The position numbers were made by a program, and so were the translations under genes. This document shows, piece by piece, positions 60,972 to 64,000 of a stretch of DNA of 64,000 bases. The stretch covers positions 164,458-228,457 of the forward strand of contig JACAVV010000006.1 of the NCBI GenBank assembly GCA_024648695.1, written 5' to 3'. This DNA is from Nitrospina sp. (GTDB lineage Bacteria; Nitrospinota; Nitrospinia; Nitrospinales; JACRGP01). The stretch's first letter is position 1. Every line of letters begins with the position of its first letter. The notes below the pieces were generated by a model, which saw only the letters and a program-made list of their open reading frames with translations, searched no databases and was not told the DNA's origin.

Positions 60972-61805
60972 TTATTCAGAGAGCATCACTATCACTGCTT
61001 GCAAACGTTCTTCCTGTTTTAATTGATTGGACACCTTTTTGGCATGATCATATTTCGCAAACTTGCCAATAAACACGCGATATGCCAGGTTTCTCGCACC
61101 CGGCTCTTCGGATGTGACAAGGTAGGTGGGAAAGCCTTTCTGCTTTAAACGAATTTGAAGCAACTGGGCACTTTGTAAATCAGTTAAGGTATTAACTTGC
61201 AATGCAAACGACCTTTCGGCACGAGACTTTTTACGCCGCTCCTGTTTCTGAATGGACTTCCGGACTGATTTTTTAACCTTTTTTTCAGGTTTAACCGGTT
61301 TTTTTTGAACCTGGGGTGGAACCGGATCGGGAACCTTTTCAGGAATCGGGCCCTCTACTACATGGGTTTTCGATGCAGATTCAGGAACCCTTGAGGCCAC
61401 TTGAACCTTTTCTTGAGCTTCTTCCTCTATTCCCTCTATTTCCTCCTTTTTAGTAGCCAACAACGCCTGCATTTTGGCCTCCCGCCGTCTTTGCAGAAAC
61501 TCCTCGGTTATCTCATAAACCTCTACCGGTTTTTTCTCTTTTAACCCCACATAGGTATCCAACTCCGGATCATTCAAAACTTCAAAAAACGTAAACTCCT
61601 CAGCATTGGATGCACGAATTTCAGTATCTCGGTATTTCAGTCGGGCGCTGGCAGGTTTCTTAGGACTGATTTTCTTCACCACCCTGGGAACCGATTCATG
61701 GGTAGATTCCCAAAATGGCAGTTTGTGATACTGGCTGTAATAAATTGCCACAAAGGCTCCACCCAGTATCATGATCAACAGGCTAAGTTTGAATAAACGA
61801 ATCAA
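60972..61805 (-). CDS. SPOR domain cell-division protein (FtsN/DedD-like)
   Basis: N-terminal TM, FTFFEVL, Pro/Lys-rich linker, SPOR (FALQV...YRVFIG.F); follows argS. Confidence 0.85.
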   Translation of the reverse strand: MIRLFKLSLLIMILGGAFVAIYYSQYHKLPFWESTHESVPRVVKKISPKKPASARLKYRDTEIRASNAEEFTFFEVLNDPELDTYVGLKEKKPVEVYEITEEFLQRRREAKMQALLATKKEEIEGIEEEAQEKVQVASRVPESASKTHVVEGPIPEKVPDPVPPQVQKKPVKPEKKVKKSVRKSIQKQERRKKSRAERSFALQVNTLTDLQSAQLLQIRLKQKGFPTYLVTSEEPGARNLAYRVFIGKFAKYDHAKKVSNQLKQEERLQAVIVMLSE

Positions 61806-61845
61806 AGGAAAAACTTTGGAAAGGGGTAAATATCAGAAATCTGCG

Positions 61846-63510
61846 TTACATGCTTTCAGGTGAAGACACGCCCAGCAGACTCAACCCGTTGCGGATAATA
61901 GACCGAATTTTGTCCAGCAAAAACAAACGTGCTTGAGACAGGCCTTGATCTTCGGTAACCACTCGATGCAATTTATAATAACTATGAAACAGGGAAACCA
62001 GTTCCTGTAGATAAAAGGCCACACGATGACCTTCCAAAGTCAACGCACTTTTTTCGATCACTTCCGGAAAAGCCAACATCTTTTTGACCAGATCCATCGC
62101 CTCTTCCTCCTTTAACAGGGAAAGATCCACATCGTCCGCGCCAGGTAATTTCAACCCTTGTTCTTCAGCCGTGCGAAATACACTGCATATACGGGCATGG
62201 GCGTACTGGATATAAAAAACGGGATTATCAGAACTTTGCTTTTTGGCAAGGTCCAGGTCGAATTCCAAATGGCTGTCACAACTACGCATCTGAAAAAAGA
62301 ACCGGGTGGCATCCACTCCCACTTCCGAAACCACCTCTTCCAGGGTCACAAATTCTCCCGACCGGGTCGACATTTGTACTTTTTTACCACCACGTATCAA
62401 AGTCACGAATTGTACCAACAGGGTGGTAAAATTATTCAGATCGTAATCAAGCGCTTCCATCACCGCCTGCATACGGGGAACATAACCATGGTGGTCGGCG
62501 CCCCAAATATTGATAATCCGGTGGTATCCACGGTTAATTTTATTTTGATGGTAAGCAATATCTGAGCAGAAGTAGGTTTTTTCACCCGATTGTTTGATAA
62601 TCACCCGGTCCTTATCATCTTTAAAGGCAGAAGATTTCAACCAGACGGCTCCATCCTGATCGTAAATAAAACCCTTATCCCGCATCCAGGCCAACGCCTT
62701 ATCGACGGAGTCGTCATCATAAAGACTGAGCTCGCTGAACCAGTTTTCATAATTCACACGAAACTCTGAAAGGTCTTTTTCAATTCCCTTTAAAATCGCA
62801 TCACTGGAATACTTTTTGAAAAAAGGCAGGGCCGTTTCGTCATCCTTGTCCAGAAATTCCTTTCCATGGGAATCAATGATTTCCTGCGCCAAATCTTTAA
62901 TGTATTCCCCTTTATAATGATCTTCAGGAAACTCGATACTTTCGTTGAGCAATTCCCGATACCGCAACAATGTGGAACGACCCAGGATGTTCATCTGATT
63001 GCCCACATCGTTGATATAATATTCCGAATCGACTGCATATCCAGCTTTTTTCAGGATAGCCGCCAAAGTAGCCCCCACAGCCGCGCCGCGCCCATGCCCC
63101 ACATGCAAAGGTCCCGTTGGATTTGCGCTCACAAATTCCAGAAGCACTTTTTGGTCCCTGCCAATCTCCAAATTGCCAAAATTATCCCCTTGCCGGGCGG
63201 CATCCAGGAACCGTTCCAGATAAAATCCAGCAGACATTTTTAAATTGATGAATCCCGGTCCCGCCGTTTGCACCTCGGCCACATTCCCGTTGATGGATTG
63301 TAACTGCTGGCAGATCGCATCGGCAATCACCTTTGGACTCTTTCTTTCCGTTTTAGCCATAGACATAGCCACCGTCGTGGAAAAGTCTCCGTGGTTCTTA
63401 TCTTTGGGTTCTTCGATTACAATTTCCGGGTAATCGGAAAGAAGCAAGGTTCCCTTATCTTTTGCCTGATCCAGGGCTTGCCGGATGATGGCTCGAATAA
63501 CATTTTTCAT
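61846..63510 (-). CDS. argS: Arginine--tRNA ligase
   Basis: HGDF, GPGFIN, EFVSANPTGPLHVGH, GADHHGY, MSTRSG, YIQYAHARI. Confidence 0.98.
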   Translation of the reverse strand: MKNVIRAIIRQALDQAKDKGTLLLSDYPEIVIEEPKDKNHGDFSTTVAMSMAKTERKSPKVIADAICQQLQSINGNVAEVQTAGPGFINLKMSAGFYLERFLDAARQGDNFGNLEIGRDQKVLLEFVSANPTGPLHVGHGRGAAVGATLAAILKKAGYAVDSEYYINDVGNQMNILGRSTLLRYRELLNESIEFPEDHYKGEYIKDLAQEIIDSHGKEFLDKDDETALPFFKKYSSDAILKGIEKDLSEFRVNYENWFSELSLYDDDSVDKALAWMRDKGFIYDQDGAVWLKSSAFKDDKDRVIIKQSGEKTYFCSDIAYHQNKINRGYHRIINIWGADHHGYVPRMQAVMEALDYDLNNFTTLLVQFVTLIRGGKKVQMSTRSGEFVTLEEVVSEVGVDATRFFFQMRSCDSHLEFDLDLAKKQSSDNPVFYIQYAHARICSVFRTAEEQGLKLPGADDVDLSLLKEEEAMDLVKKMLAFPEVIEKSALTLEGHRVAFYLQELVSLFHSYYKLHRVVTEDQGLSQARLFLLDKIRSIIRNGLSLLGVSSPESM

Positions 63511-63624
63511 TCTTGATGAATTTCCTTTTCAAATTGAACTTGTCCTGCCAATGGATTCAGGAGGAACCCTTGAAGACAGAGGGGAAGTAACAAGGCTGGG
63601 TAATTTTGAGGGTCGGAAAAAACG

Positions 63625-63927
63625 TTAGTGATTATGAACGCGTTCCACCATTTCCTCCATTTCCTTTTCCAGTTTTTCTTTTTCTTCAGCGAATTCAGCT
63701 TTCAATCGTTCTACTTCAATAGGATAATCCTCAGGCCTAACCCGGTCTTCCAGTTTCTTTATTTTATTCTGATAGCTAATATCCTTATCCGCAATTTTGG
63801 CTTTATACTCTTTACGGATTTCGCTGATTTCCTGCTTTTGCTTATCGCTTAATTTTTTATTGACCTCAGGAACCATCTTGTTGGTTTTTTCAAGGCTCAG
63901 TTCCCAGGCGCTTTTCAATCCAGACAT
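63625..63927 (-). CDS. Small helical hypothetical protein
   Basis: MSGLKSAWELSLEKT start with an AGGGAG SD; coiled-coil composition. Confidence 0.7.
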   Translation of the reverse strand: MSGLKSAWELSLEKTNKMVPEVNKKLSDKQKQEISEIRKEYKAKIADKDISYQNKIKKLEDRVRPEDYPIEVERLKAEFAEEKEKLEKEMEEMVERVHNH

Positions 63928-64000
63928 AATTATCTCCCTATCAGGTTTTGCCCAATTATAAACAAAATCCTTTTCAGTACACAATTTTATTATTTAAAGG

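Overview
A 64 kb stretch of bacterial chromosome, densely coding, with most genes on the minus strand. I found no rRNA, tRNA, CRISPR array, transposase or prophage. The content is mostly housekeeping: murJ, thrH, dprA-topA, proA, a complete trpEGDCFBA operon, a MoxR/DUF58/VWA (Bat-type) operon, lptD-folC, cysE with a cysteine desulfurase, scpA-rsmE, serB, rarA and argS-SPOR. It is interspersed with repeat proteins: three RI-like LRR proteins, an NHL double propeller, two Trp-rich 7-blade propellers, Calx-beta and TPR proteins. The gene repertoire suggests a Nitrospinota/Nitrospirota-like or deltaproteobacterial-like organism (inference only). The best leads are: (1) a stand-alone motA-motB-pilZ operon whose MotB has a ~285-residue cytoplasmic coiled coil and whose MotA lacks the usual rotor-contacting glutamates; (2) a terminator in front of trpE whose only obvious antiterminator partner is the last codons of an upstream Trp-rich protein gene; (3) a promoter-driven ~105 nt multi-stem RNA upstream of a shortened TolC-like gene; (4) a decayed Calx-beta gene behind a sigma28-type promoter; (5) a DnaA-box plus IHF-site cluster that does not look like oriC. 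All functional calls come from motifs read by eye; no searches were run.
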